Part shown: positions 47,791 to 58,300 of the stretch, piece after piece
How positions within the stretch are numbered: position 1 is the first letter of the stretch
How the letters are laid out: each line of letters begins with the position of its first letter
Source: an uncultured Schlesneria sp.
Lineage (GTDB): Bacteria; Planctomycetota; Planctomycetia; Planctomycetales; Planctomycetaceae
Assembly (NCBI GenBank): GCA_903904835.1
Contig: CAIVEI010000058.1
Coordinates: 8,580 to 72,579 of the forward strand
Length of the DNA stretch: 64,000 bases
Direction: 5' to 3'
Translations under genes and position numbers: made by a program
The notes under the pieces: model-generated
The model's input: only the letters and a program-made list of their open reading frames with translations
The model's database searches: none
What the model was told of the DNA's origin: nothing

Positions 47791-49629
47791 ATGACCACAT
47801 TGGTTTTTCCGCAAACTTGGGATCTTGCTTCGCTCGCACCGGCTCCGTTAACGCCTTCGTTTCGCGAACAACTTGATCAATTCAAACAGCGGTTAAAGAA
47901 CCTGGCTGCGGCCACGAACGCGCTGCCACCGGTGGATGCCCGGGCTGAAAACGTTTCTCGCTGGGTGACATTGATTACCGAGTACGAACTCGTTGATGCG
48001 ACGGGTGCGGACTATCGAGCACTGGCGGACTGCTATGCGGCGGCGGATGCCGAAAATAAATCATACCGACAGTTGCAGGCGGAACTTGCAGCGATCACTC
48101 CGGATCGGGAACAGATTGCGACGAATGTTGAGTTCGCATTACGGGATGCGACTGAGGCGGATTTTACGGCGTTTGTGGAAGCTGATCCCGTCTTGAAACG
48201 GAATCGGTATTTTCTGGTGACTCGGCGACGGAACGCGGAATTGCGGTTGCCGAAATCTCAGGAGCTTCTGGCATCGGACCTGGCGGTCGACGGGCTGTTT
48301 GGCTGGGGACGTCTCTACGATCGCATTTCGTCGTCACTCAAAGTCCAGGTTCAAGAGAAAGGGGCTCTGGTCACTCGGTCGCCAGGTCAGGTTCAGTTCG
48401 ATTCGCCTCAACGGACCGTTCGCGAAAATAACTTTTATGCTCTTGATGGAGCGTGGGCGACGATTGCCGACGCGTGTGCTGATGCCATCAATCACATTGC
48501 GGGAACTCGGCTGACAACCTATCGGCATGTCGGGCTGAGGGATCATCTGGAAGCACCATTGCGAGCCAACCGGATGACTCGTGAAACGCTCGACACCATG
48601 TGGTCGACGATTTCGGCGAATAAGAGTGTGCTGAATGATTACCTGGCCAAGAAAGCGCAGTTAATTGGTGTTGATCGGCTGGCCTGGTTTGATCAATGGG
48701 CACCTCTCCCGCAGTTGCCGGGTGTAGGAAACGTCGATGACATTTCTTACGACCAGGCCTGCGAATGGATTGTCGATGCGTTTCAGACGTTTAGTCCAGA
48801 TTTGGGTGACTTTGCCAGGATGTCACTTGCCGACCGCTGGGTTGAGGCTGAAAACCGTTCGGGCAAACAACAGGGGGGATTCTGTACGGGATTTCCGACG
48901 GCTAGACAGTCTCGCATCTTCATGACGTACACAAACAGTGCGGACAGCATGAGCACTTTGGCTCATGAGTTAGGGCATGCTTATCACTCGTGGGTCTTGC
49001 GGAATGAGCCGGTGTTCCTGCAGGACTATCCGATGAATCTGGCGGAAACGGCTTCGACATTTGCCGAGGCGGTGCTTGGCGAGCAACGATTGAAACGTGT
49101 TTCTTCTGATTATGAGCGTCTGCAGATTCTCGATGGGATGCTTGGTGACGCCGTGGCGTTCTTGATGAACATTCACGCTCGATTTCTGTTTGAGGACGAA
49201 TTCCACAAACAAAGAGCTTCGAGCGAACTGACGGCTGATCAGTTAAACAAGATTATGGAAGAGTCTCAGCGAAAGGCGTATTTGAACGCGCTGGCCGAGG
49301 ATGGCTGGAATCCGCGATTCTGGGTTTCGAAGCTGCATTTCTACATTACTTCCGTGCCGTTTTATAACTTCCCGTACACGTTTGGCTATTTGCTTTCGCT
49401 GGGTGTGTATGCGATCGGGAAAGAGTCCGGTAAGGATTTTCCAGACTCGTACCGAAAGCTGTTGTTGGCGACCGGGTGTCAGGATGCCGAAGACGCGGTC
49501 CTGTCGACGATGGGTTTTGATCTAAGAAAGCCAGACTTCTGGCAGAAGAGCCTGACGATTGTCGCTGATCGGGTGAAACAGTTCGTCGAGTTGGCGGACC
49601 AGATCCTGGCCAAGACCAAAACAGTGTGA
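47791..49629 (+). CDS. pepF: M3B-family oligoendopeptidase F
   Basis: HELGHAYH zinc motif, about 610 aa, and typical PepF C-terminal helices. ATG at 47791 is internal to track ORF 47707. Confidence 0.8.
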   Translation: MTTLVFPQTWDLASLAPAPLTPSFREQLDQFKQRLKNLAAATNALPPVDARAENVSRWVTLITEYELVDATGADYRALADCYAAADAENKSYRQLQAELAAITPDREQIATNVEFALRDATEADFTAFVEADPVLKRNRYFLVTRRRNAELRLPKSQELLASDLAVDGLFGWGRLYDRISSSLKVQVQEKGALVTRSPGQVQFDSPQRTVRENNFYALDGAWATIADACADAINHIAGTRLTTYRHVGLRDHLEAPLRANRMTRETLDTMWSTISANKSVLNDYLAKKAQLIGVDRLAWFDQWAPLPQLPGVGNVDDISYDQACEWIVDAFQTFSPDLGDFARMSLADRWVEAENRSGKQQGGFCTGFPTARQSRIFMTYTNSADSMSTLAHELGHAYHSWVLRNEPVFLQDYPMNLAETASTFAEAVLGEQRLKRVSSDYERLQILDGMLGDAVAFLMNIHARFLFEDEFHKQRASSELTADQLNKIMEESQRKAYLNALAEDGWNPRFWVSKLHFYITSVPFYNFPYTFGYLLSLGVYAIGKESGKDFPDSYRKLLLATGCQDAEDAVLSTMGFDLRKPDFWQKSLTIVADRVKQFVELADQILAKTKTV

Positions 49630-49645
49630 CAGTCTGTTGACCAAG

Positions 49646-49665
49646 GAACGGGCTGAAGCCCGTTC
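49646..49665. terminator. hairpin between convergent pepF and the dsbD-like gene
   Basis: gaacgggc-tgaa-gcccgttc, a perfect 8-bp stem. No clear T-tract on either strand. Confidence 0.45.
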
Positions 49666-49675
49666 TACAAACGAT

Positions 49676-52165
49676 TTACTTCAATGCCTGCCATTTGATC
49701 CAGCCTTCGTCAAGGAATTTGGCGAAGTCACCGTCTCGTTTTTCGAGTCCGAAGAAGCTTGAAAGAACCGTTTTTCCGTCAGGTGTCACGACCGCGTAGG
49801 CTGGAAGGGTGACGTCACCAAACCAGTTTTCTTGCAGCGAGACGTTACGAGCCAGCAATCGAGCTGCTTCCTCTTTGTCGTCGATATTGGGAACTCGGTC
49901 TGTGTAGATCTGTGCTTGGACAAACTGTTCCAGCCGACGGTGGTTCTTTGGTCTTGCCATGCGGATTTCCATCAATCGACAGTTCGTACAAAACACGCCT
50001 GTAAAGTCGATAAATAGCGGCCGGTTTTGGGCAGTTGCCGTGAGGACGGCCTTGTCGAAATCCTTTTCGTATTCAATTTTATCAACCCGTGCGGGTGCGA
50101 AGGCGATCAATTGATTGACGAACCAGGTTTCTCGATCCGGCTGAATCAGGCCGATGCCGAATAATCCGCTGAGCATGAGAAAGCCAATCGCGAGTAAGAT
50201 TCGGATTGGCGATAAGCCTTGAACCGGACTGTCGTGCGACAAACGAAATTGTCCGAGCAAATACAAACCTGTACAGAACGAGATCACGGCCCAGAGCGTC
50301 ATGACGTTAGTGAAGTCGAATAGCCAGGGAACGGAGTACCATTGCTGGTCGACGATACTGATGTATTTGACCGCGACACCCAGTTCGACAAAACCCATGA
50401 CGACCTTCACGGCGTTCAGCCAGCCGCCGCTCTTGGGGAGCGATTTTAACGTTCCTGGCATTAACGCTAGCACAAAGAATGGAGCCGCGAATGTTGTTCC
50501 AAATGCGAGCATTCCGAGCACTGGCCAGTAGTATTCTCCCTGGGCTGCTGCTGCGAGCAATGAGCCGACGAACGCGAAAGTACAACTGAACGACGTTAGT
50601 ACGAATGTCAGTGCCATGAAAATCACACCAACGTAACCGCCGGTTTGTTCGCCAGTTGCTGTGAAACTTACCAGCCACGACGGAACTTGAATTTCGAAGA
50701 GTCCCAGCATGTTGAGGGCAAATGTAAAGAAGATCGAAGCGAGGAACAGGTTTAATATCCAGTTGTTGGCAAGTTCATTTGGCTTCGTTGCCCCAAAGAT
50801 CGCTGCGATACCGACTCCGATGAGTACGAATGAAATGACGATGGCAGCGGAGAAAACTGTGGCGAGGACGATTGGACGTCCACCCTGACGTTCGTTCTGT
50901 TTCAGGAAAAAGCTGACGGTGATTGGCACCATGGGAAAGACACAGGGTGTCAGCAACGCCACGAGTGCCGCTCCGACTGCGGTAATCAAGAAAACAAACA
51001 GTCCTTTATCCTGCGGTCGGGCACCGTGCTTTTGTTCAACCTCAACAGCCGCTGGTTCCTGAAAGAAGTCGATGTGCGCCGGGGGTTCAATGTCATCGCT
51101 GGTGACGCCAAGGGTAAACGATTCCTTGCGCGGTGGCAGGCAACTGTCTTTGCAGGTTTGATAGGTAATCGATCCTTCGACACCAAATGCACGCGGACGG
51201 GTATCGGGTAATACCTCAAATTCCTGAACCCAGCTTACTTCTTGATGATAGACTTCTTGCCGAAGTATCCGCGTTCCTTCGTCAATTTCTTTGATTTCGG
51301 GTGGGCGATCGGGAACGAGGCCTTTACCAATTGTCTTTAGTCCATAAACCTTGTCCAAAACAATTTCTGTCGCTGTTCCCCCTTCACCTTCGAACGTAGT
51401 CGAGAACGTATGCCACTCAGGATCGAGAGCCACGGTGATTCTTAGCTTGACCGTTTTGCCAGCAGATGACTTTGTAGGAGCCAATTGAAAACGCAACTCG
51501 ACCGGGTTCGTCTTTCCTTTCTTCGGACGTTTCGTGAACTTGTACGGAACCGCTGGGACTTCCGCTTTGTTTGCTACCGTACCGTTCGAAACAAGGGTGG
51601 CATGCAGCTTCGCTGCGGGTTTGATCAAATGGCATTCACCACCCGGTCCTTCAGAACAATACTGTCCTTCAAGCTCCAGATCGATGACGACTTTTTCGAT
51701 CTCAGCGGTTGGCTCGATACGAAACTTTTTTGTCCATGATACGTCGCCGTGAAACTTGGAAAGCTTTTGATTGAAATCAGGGTCATGTTTGGTCTCGGGT
51801 GGTCGATCTGACTGGTATTCAGAATCAACCGCCTCTAGACCCACAGATTTCACTGTCGCGATTTGAGTCCGTCCGCCAAAGTCACCGGTGGTGGCGTAGA
51901 TATAGGTTCCAGGTGGCAGCTTCGCAGTGATTGTCAGGAGGACTTCGTCCCCTGGCTTTGCATCTGATGGCGTTAAGGTCGCGTTGAAGACCGGCTTCTC
52001 AAATGACTTTGGAGCAAGTGAGCCACCCAGGAGATCTTCGAACTGCGACGATTGTGCATCGACAGAGCCAACTAGTCCCCAAGTGACGATCAACAGAGAC
52101 GCTAGCCGACTTACGGAGTTATACCGAATGTGGAAATCCTTCGACGAACAGACCATCGTTTGCAT
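49676..52165 (-). CDS. DsbD-family thiol:disulfide interchange protein (two DsbD-N-like domains, CcdA-type TM core, C-terminal thioredoxin fold)
   Basis: LTPCVFPMVPITVSFF (CcdA/DsbD TM1 motif), C-terminal FIDFTGVFCTNCRLME (CxxC), N-terminal ...CSEGPGGECHLIKP and ...CKDSCLPP motifs. Signal peptide follows the ATG at 52165 or 52156. Confidence 0.75.
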   Translation of the reverse strand: MQTMVCSSKDFHIRYNSVSRLASLLIVTWGLVGSVDAQSSQFEDLLGGSLAPKSFEKPVFNATLTPSDAKPGDEVLLTITAKLPPGTYIYATTGDFGGRTQIATVKSVGLEAVDSEYQSDRPPETKHDPDFNQKLSKFHGDVSWTKKFRIEPTAEIEKVVIDLELEGQYCSEGPGGECHLIKPAAKLHATLVSNGTVANKAEVPAVPYKFTKRPKKGKTNPVELRFQLAPTKSSAGKTVKLRITVALDPEWHTFSTTFEGEGGTATEIVLDKVYGLKTIGKGLVPDRPPEIKEIDEGTRILRQEVYHQEVSWVQEFEVLPDTRPRAFGVEGSITYQTCKDSCLPPRKESFTLGVTSDDIEPPAHIDFFQEPAAVEVEQKHGARPQDKGLFVFLITAVGAALVALLTPCVFPMVPITVSFFLKQNERQGGRPIVLATVFSAAIVISFVLIGVGIAAIFGATKPNELANNWILNLFLASIFFTFALNMLGLFEIQVPSWLVSFTATGEQTGGYVGVIFMALTFVLTSFSCTFAFVGSLLAAAAQGEYYWPVLGMLAFGTTFAAPFFVLALMPGTLKSLPKSGGWLNAVKVVMGFVELGVAVKYISIVDQQWYSVPWLFDFTNVMTLWAVISFCTGLYLLGQFRLSHDSPVQGLSPIRILLAIGFLMLSGLFGIGLIQPDRETWFVNQLIAFAPARVDKIEYEKDFDKAVLTATAQNRPLFIDFTGVFCTNCRLMEIRMARPKNHRRLEQFVQAQIYTDRVPNIDDKEEAARLLARNVSLQENWFGDVTLPAYAVVTPDGKTVLSSFFGLEKRDGDFAKFLDEGWIKWQALK

Positions 52166-52385
52166 CCTGCGAAACTTTGTAAACAGAAACGTAGGCCGAA
52201 ATCTCGGTAGAGACATTACGACTAAATGCTTGTAACCGTTGGTTCGCATCTTAACCGCAGGTCGGTCTTTGCCCAACGTGAGTTTGATCGCTGGCTGCCA
52301 AAATTCAATATTGGCGAAAAATCCAACATAAGGTATGCGACTTACGTAAGTTCGTGAATGTCGAAAGCGCAATCAAGTACCACAT

Positions 52386-55300
52386 TCAAATCCACGTTTC
52401 GGGCTTCTTCCATGCCGTAAACACCGTGCTGACAATAAATAGAACAAAGCTGGCGGCATTTAGTGGAGCGGGCAAGATGCAAAACCCGAGAACTCCAAGC
52501 ACTGCTGTGACAATTGGCAAAAGGTGAACCAACCGACGAATCCCTGACGTATGGCGAAGCGAGAACAGTATCGTAGTTCCGACCAATAGCCACGCCGCTG
52601 TCCAGGCAAGACCCATCGCCCAGCGGATCGACTCTCGTGGTCGAATGTCGAGTGCAAGTTTCGGGTCGCCTCCGGCTTTTGTGAAGACGAGCTTACGACC
52701 TGAAACCGGCAGGTTGATCCCTAGAGATAGGCCACCCGGCTGTTTCCATGCTGGTGCAGCGTTGGCGCCAAGATTGCTGTTTTGGATTTCTCCACCCAGA
52801 GAAATACCGTGTTCAGCCGTCTGACGATTGTCTTGAGCAAGTTGTCCGGCCGGCGTACCCCATGGCGCATTTGGGGGAACTTGAAAGCTAAAACGAGAGG
52901 AAGACGTAATCGGGGCAGGTGACGAATCGGCTCGTGGTTGATTCAGAGTCCCTGAATTATCCCGAACATATCGATACCCAATTCCAGCCCCCGATCCAGG
53001 CATGGGTGAACGACCCATGCCACCTCCGCCCCCACCCATGGCTCCATTTCGTGTGGAGCTATTACCGACATAGTCAGATTCAAAACTCAGTGCTGGATTC
53101 GATGACTGCGGGGCGGCCGATGGGCTATCACGATTCCATAGCGTGCCGTTCCCGAAGTTTTCAGTTAAGTTCATGGTGTTCGATGATCCGTCACCATTAT
53201 TCATGTAGCCTCCGAAAAGGTTGCCCTGTTGCCCAGGCTGTACCACCTGTTGGGGTATCACTCGGTTTTGTCGAAGAGTGTTATTGTTTGTGACGGTCGT
53301 ATTCAATTCATCGATATTGATTCCGTTCGACATACGGAGTTGCGCTCGGTTTCCTTTATTGTTACCTGCTTCATTCGATGGTTTTGACGATTTTGAATTA
53401 TCGGCCAGTGAATCCTTTCTGCCTGAAGTCTGTGATCTACCCTCTTTTTTCGATTCGGCGACCGGTTCACCATCCTGAATGCCCAAGCCGAAATTGAAGT
53501 TTCCGTCAGACAACGAATCGTCGGCTATGGAAATGAGTTGTCCACCGTTGGAATTAAACACCGCCAACTGTTGATCGTTGACGATCGCAGCACCTTCCGC
53601 CAGACCCTCAGTCTGAATGTAGTTTAATCCTTGCGTAGCTGCGGGATTATTCGTTTTCGATAGATATTCGTTTGTCTTCTGGCTTTCTTCACGGGCAAGC
53701 CTTTCCACTTCCGACAGCCGCTTCATTACCTCGGCTTTGTTCTTGGCAAATTCGGCACCGCTTGAACTGTCGCTATAGATTTGCAGAGCCTTGCTTAACT
53801 GATTCAAGTTGTCTGCCGCGACTCCAAGTTGTTTCAGGTTATTCCGCGTTTGAAGTCGACGATTGCTTTCGCGGATTTGTTCGAAGAATCCCAACAGTTC
53901 ACCCGCCTCTTGAAGTACCGCATTCCCGTACAGACTGTCCGAGCCATCCGATAGTGACAAATTGTGTTTGGCGGTCGAATGGGCCGCCTGTGCATCAAGA
54001 TCCTCGGGCAGATAAACCGTCCAGCGGGTTCTGGCGACGGGGATACCATAATCGGCATCCTCCTGTTGGCTGATAATTTGAGGTGCAGGAACAGAAAATT
54101 CTTCACGGGTCAGTGGTACAGATTCCGGTAATGGACCGGAAAGTCGGCCGCGCCAGACGATTTTGACGAGAAACGATAGGCTGGCAGCACTGGTCTTGGG
54201 TAGTGCAATCAAGTGTGCGGAGGCCCCATTCAGCGAGGGGAGTTTGGTTGTGACGGCTCGGGAGGGTTGACCGGCGACAAACACCGACAGCAATTCGGTC
54301 CCTTCCGGCATCTTCAACGCCAGGAACTGTCGAGATCGGTTCTTGATCGTGTAAAGGGCCTGAGCCTGGTATGTCCCGTCGCGACTGAGGACCGTCGTCA
54401 GATCGGCGATGTTGACCGATGCGGGGGCACTCGCCTGTTGAGCGAATGTATGCAGCGACCATCTGGGGGCTGTGAGAAGCGATTTGACTCGAACGAGCTC
54501 TGTGGCTTGATCAACAAACTCTTGCCCGATAATCACAGGAAGGTCTTCACGCTGGACGGATTCCACCAGCGAGGGATCGACGGACGAAAGTTGGCCGAGC
54601 GACGAATTGATCAGAAGAACGTACTGCCGCTGTGATTCCACCGCTTTTTGTTCGTGCTCAAATACGATCGCCGGGGCGAGGACTTCGGTTGTTGCAGGAG
54701 GAAGTGTTGTCGTTGCCGTCGCAAAGTACTTGCCGCTAACGGGCGATCGCAGATGGATCGTCCAGCGCGTTCGGTTGTTCCCCGCATCAATATGCGTTGC
54801 TTCGCGGATTCCTGTCCCCTGAAAGTCGAGCTTTCCCGCGAGCCAATCGGGGGTCGTCAATGTCAACGTGTCTGTCTTTGCCACATCGATCTGCCACTGA
54901 AGTGCCAGCATATAAATGACAGCAACATCAGTCGCGGTGACCATTGACAAGCCGTTTGCCGAAAGCATCGGGGTTGCCTGAGTCAGATTCAGTGCGATCA
55001 CTGCCGGAGTCGTGCTATTGGACGAGAATGCAAATTGTGCTGGTTGAGCAGAGCGAATCGCACGAACTTCACCACTGACTTGCGTCGCATCCACTTGGCG
55101 CCATCCCTCAAATGACTCAAGCGTTCCTTTAAAACCTTCGTCTAACCAGACCGTTGCTTCGGAATCGAGTCGAGTTGCATCAAGTGGTTGTGGAAACTCA
55201 ATCGATGCTTTTGCATTATTGCGTTGCGTAAACCCGCCCAACACGACTTCCATTAATCCCAGTCGAGGCCCCTTCAGTTCAATCGTCAAGATCGTGCTGT

Positions 55301-58300
55301 CATCTGTTTTGGCAACGTAATAGTCGCGCAACGCCGTGGCCTGAACATCCAGCAACACGAAGTTTTCTGGTAAAGAGACGGACAGCGACGAGCGTGGTGC
55401 TCCCGTCAGGTTGTAACGAAAACGAGTCGTCAATTGCTGTTTGCGAAGCGAGACGAATGCCGCCTGTTGTGACGTGATATGTGTCTGCGACTCCAGTCGA
55501 GTCGCTCTCAGGTTTAATGTGAATGGTCGCTTCGAAAATCGATACGCCAACTGAGGTGCCACATTGGGACGGCTGATTGGAATCTGCGTCGCAAACTTAT
55601 CGCCATCAATTTGTGACAGTGACTCAACCTGCTCCGCCCGGATCGAGAATTGATTCCCGGCGAAGACTGCGATCTGACCAATTTCATTGGTGATTTCCAG
55701 CGGAGCGATCTGAGGAATAGCGATTACCTGCGGATCGGTGCCAACTTTGACATCAAGAAATGTTTCAATGGTCAGTCGAGTCTGATCGGTGACATTACGT
55801 CGGAAGATAACTCGTAACTTGCGTGCCGCTCCCTCGCCCTGTAGTTCCCAGCCACCGACGTCCGGCCCGTTAACTGCTTGTAATCGCAGGGTGTCGGGCA
55901 GCGTGAAAGAGGTATCCGCGATCCCACCCTGGCGAACGCGGTATGAGAATCCATGACTGACTGATGTTCCTGCATCAGTTAAAGTAATCGCTTCAACAGA
56001 ATCAACGTGAATGACGGCAGTCGCTGCGCCTTGGGCTTGCGGCGGTTGCCATGCGACGGCCACGTCACCACCTTTGTCGATTGAGAATTCCACTGACTGC
56101 AATTCGTTCTGACTCACACGACGAAAAATCGTTGACGAACCATTCACCCTCACGGACAAATTTTTGCCTGGAAGTTCAAACACCAGCTTACCTGCAGGAA
56201 CAGGCAACAGTGGAAGTGAGAATGAACCTGTCGTTCCGGACAGCTTGGCGGGGACGCCGAAAATGAAGTCGATGACGTGCAAGCCGGGTTTTGTAATCGC
56301 GACCTTAAAACAACCCGCGTTGGTGATCAATGCTGATGTTTGGCCGTTAAGCTTGACTTCACGCGCAGCGACCTGGCCAACGGGCAGGTCGACGAGCAAT
56401 TGACCGTCCACAAAGCTTTTGACAGCATAACGAGCGGTGACTTCGATCATCGCTCCTTCGGGATTTTTTTCGTTCGCGACAAGTTTTACCGCATACATCG
56501 CTTCAAAAATCCCGCCGGCTTGTGGTGCGGGTTGTTTCGAAACCTTATCGGGGTTGGCGAGTCGATAGAGTTGCAGAAATTGCTCATGTGAAAGGAAAAC
56601 CCGCTCAGACGCGAGTGGTTCGGTTCCCGCATCAAACGGGACGATCAGTGTCGTGGTCGGCTTCAGTTCGGCAACCGCTTGTCCGTTCGCATTTGATTTT
56701 TCCGTATTCGGTTTTTCTCCCTGGGCATATGCGGTATGCGAGATGAGAAACATCATCGCCAACGCCGTCGTTGTTGTTGGGAGTTTTAGCCCTACCAGGC
56801 GCGGGCAGCGGTACGCACAGCAATGAACACAGCCACAAATTAGCCAAGAAACGATTGATATCAGGGTTCCAACGAACAGGCCATCCAGGTTCGGTTGCCA
56901 GCTCATGGGAGCAAACGGCAACAGAGCGATTGGAATGATCAGCCCCATTGTGGCGAATCCCACCTTGGTTGCGGTCGAAGCCCGTCGCAGAAACCAACCG
57001 ATCGTTCCAATCAGTGCGATGACAAAGATTCGCAGTGCTCCCCCGGAATTCCGGTCAATGTAGTCGACTTCCAATGGAATACCGTTCGTCGATGTATCGG
57101 CACCAACATAATGAAAATTCTTGACTCGGCTTCCCGCTGGCGGAACGAAATCGATCGCCAGCGAAAGAAGTCCTAAGTCTCGAGTATTTTTCGTTCCCTT
57201 CAAGTTCTGGCCTTGATCGATGTTGAGACTTAGTTGCTGTTCAAAAGGGGCTACTTCACCTTCTTCTGCCGCCGGTTGTTGGGCAACATCCATGTGATCC
57301 ATTAACCCATCTACTGGTCCGTTTATGTCTCTTGGATTTCCATTGAGTTGCATGTTCATGACACCAGGTCCAGGTCCGTCAACCATCGGTCCAGGCCGAT
57401 TCATCATCGCAGCAGGCGGAGGCATCACTGACCCAAAAGGTGCGGTTGCTAACGGTGCTTCTGGAGCCATCGGATGATTCCGAACCGTATGTGATTTCAG
57501 CGCAACATTGTCCTGCAATCCTTCCAACTTCCGCGACTCATCTGTCGCTGGTGCGGGGGACTTTTTCGAAAGTGCTTGCATTCTCTTCAGTCGCTGGAAG
57601 TTCGTTTTTTCATCGCGGTCCATGATCGGGGATTTGTCATATCGCTCCAAGACGGAATCTTCGTCGAGATAATAGTGCTCTGGAAGAGTTGAGGTTGTTT
57701 CCCCGTCGCCCCGATTCGCCCGCTCAAGCTCCCTCATTTTCATATCGTTTTTGAGCTGAGTCCGACGTGAGGACTCTCTCGCTTGCTGCACTGCTGGAAG
57801 CATTAGCGGAACGATCATGGCGAAGATCAGGATCATGACGAACAGAGTCACCACCACCTGCTTTTTTCGATAACTGTAAGTTAACAGTGCGATTACACCG
57901 ATCGTTATGATCACTGCCAATAACTGCCAACCAAGATCGACCAGCGTCGGAACTCGCAGATCCGAATTCCATGTTGACAAGAAGCTTGTTCGATCAAGTG
58001 GTTGTCGCGGTTCCAACGGGCTGTGACTGCCAATCAATCGAGTTTCTGCAGGATAATGAAGATCCCATTTTTGCTCCAGAACTTCGACCGGCAAAGCCGT
58101 TCGCTGGCCTGATTCGACCGTCAACGAGGGAGGGGTCTGCTTCACTGTACCAAGCTGCGAATTGGTCGCGACTGCGGATCGATAGAACAATTGCAATGTT
58201 CGCAAGCCACCAGCAGTCTGCGGCGAAGGTGTATCTGTCGCCGGCAATGGGATGAGGTAGACGTCGCCACTTCGCCGAATTTCCACCGGATGGCCATCAA

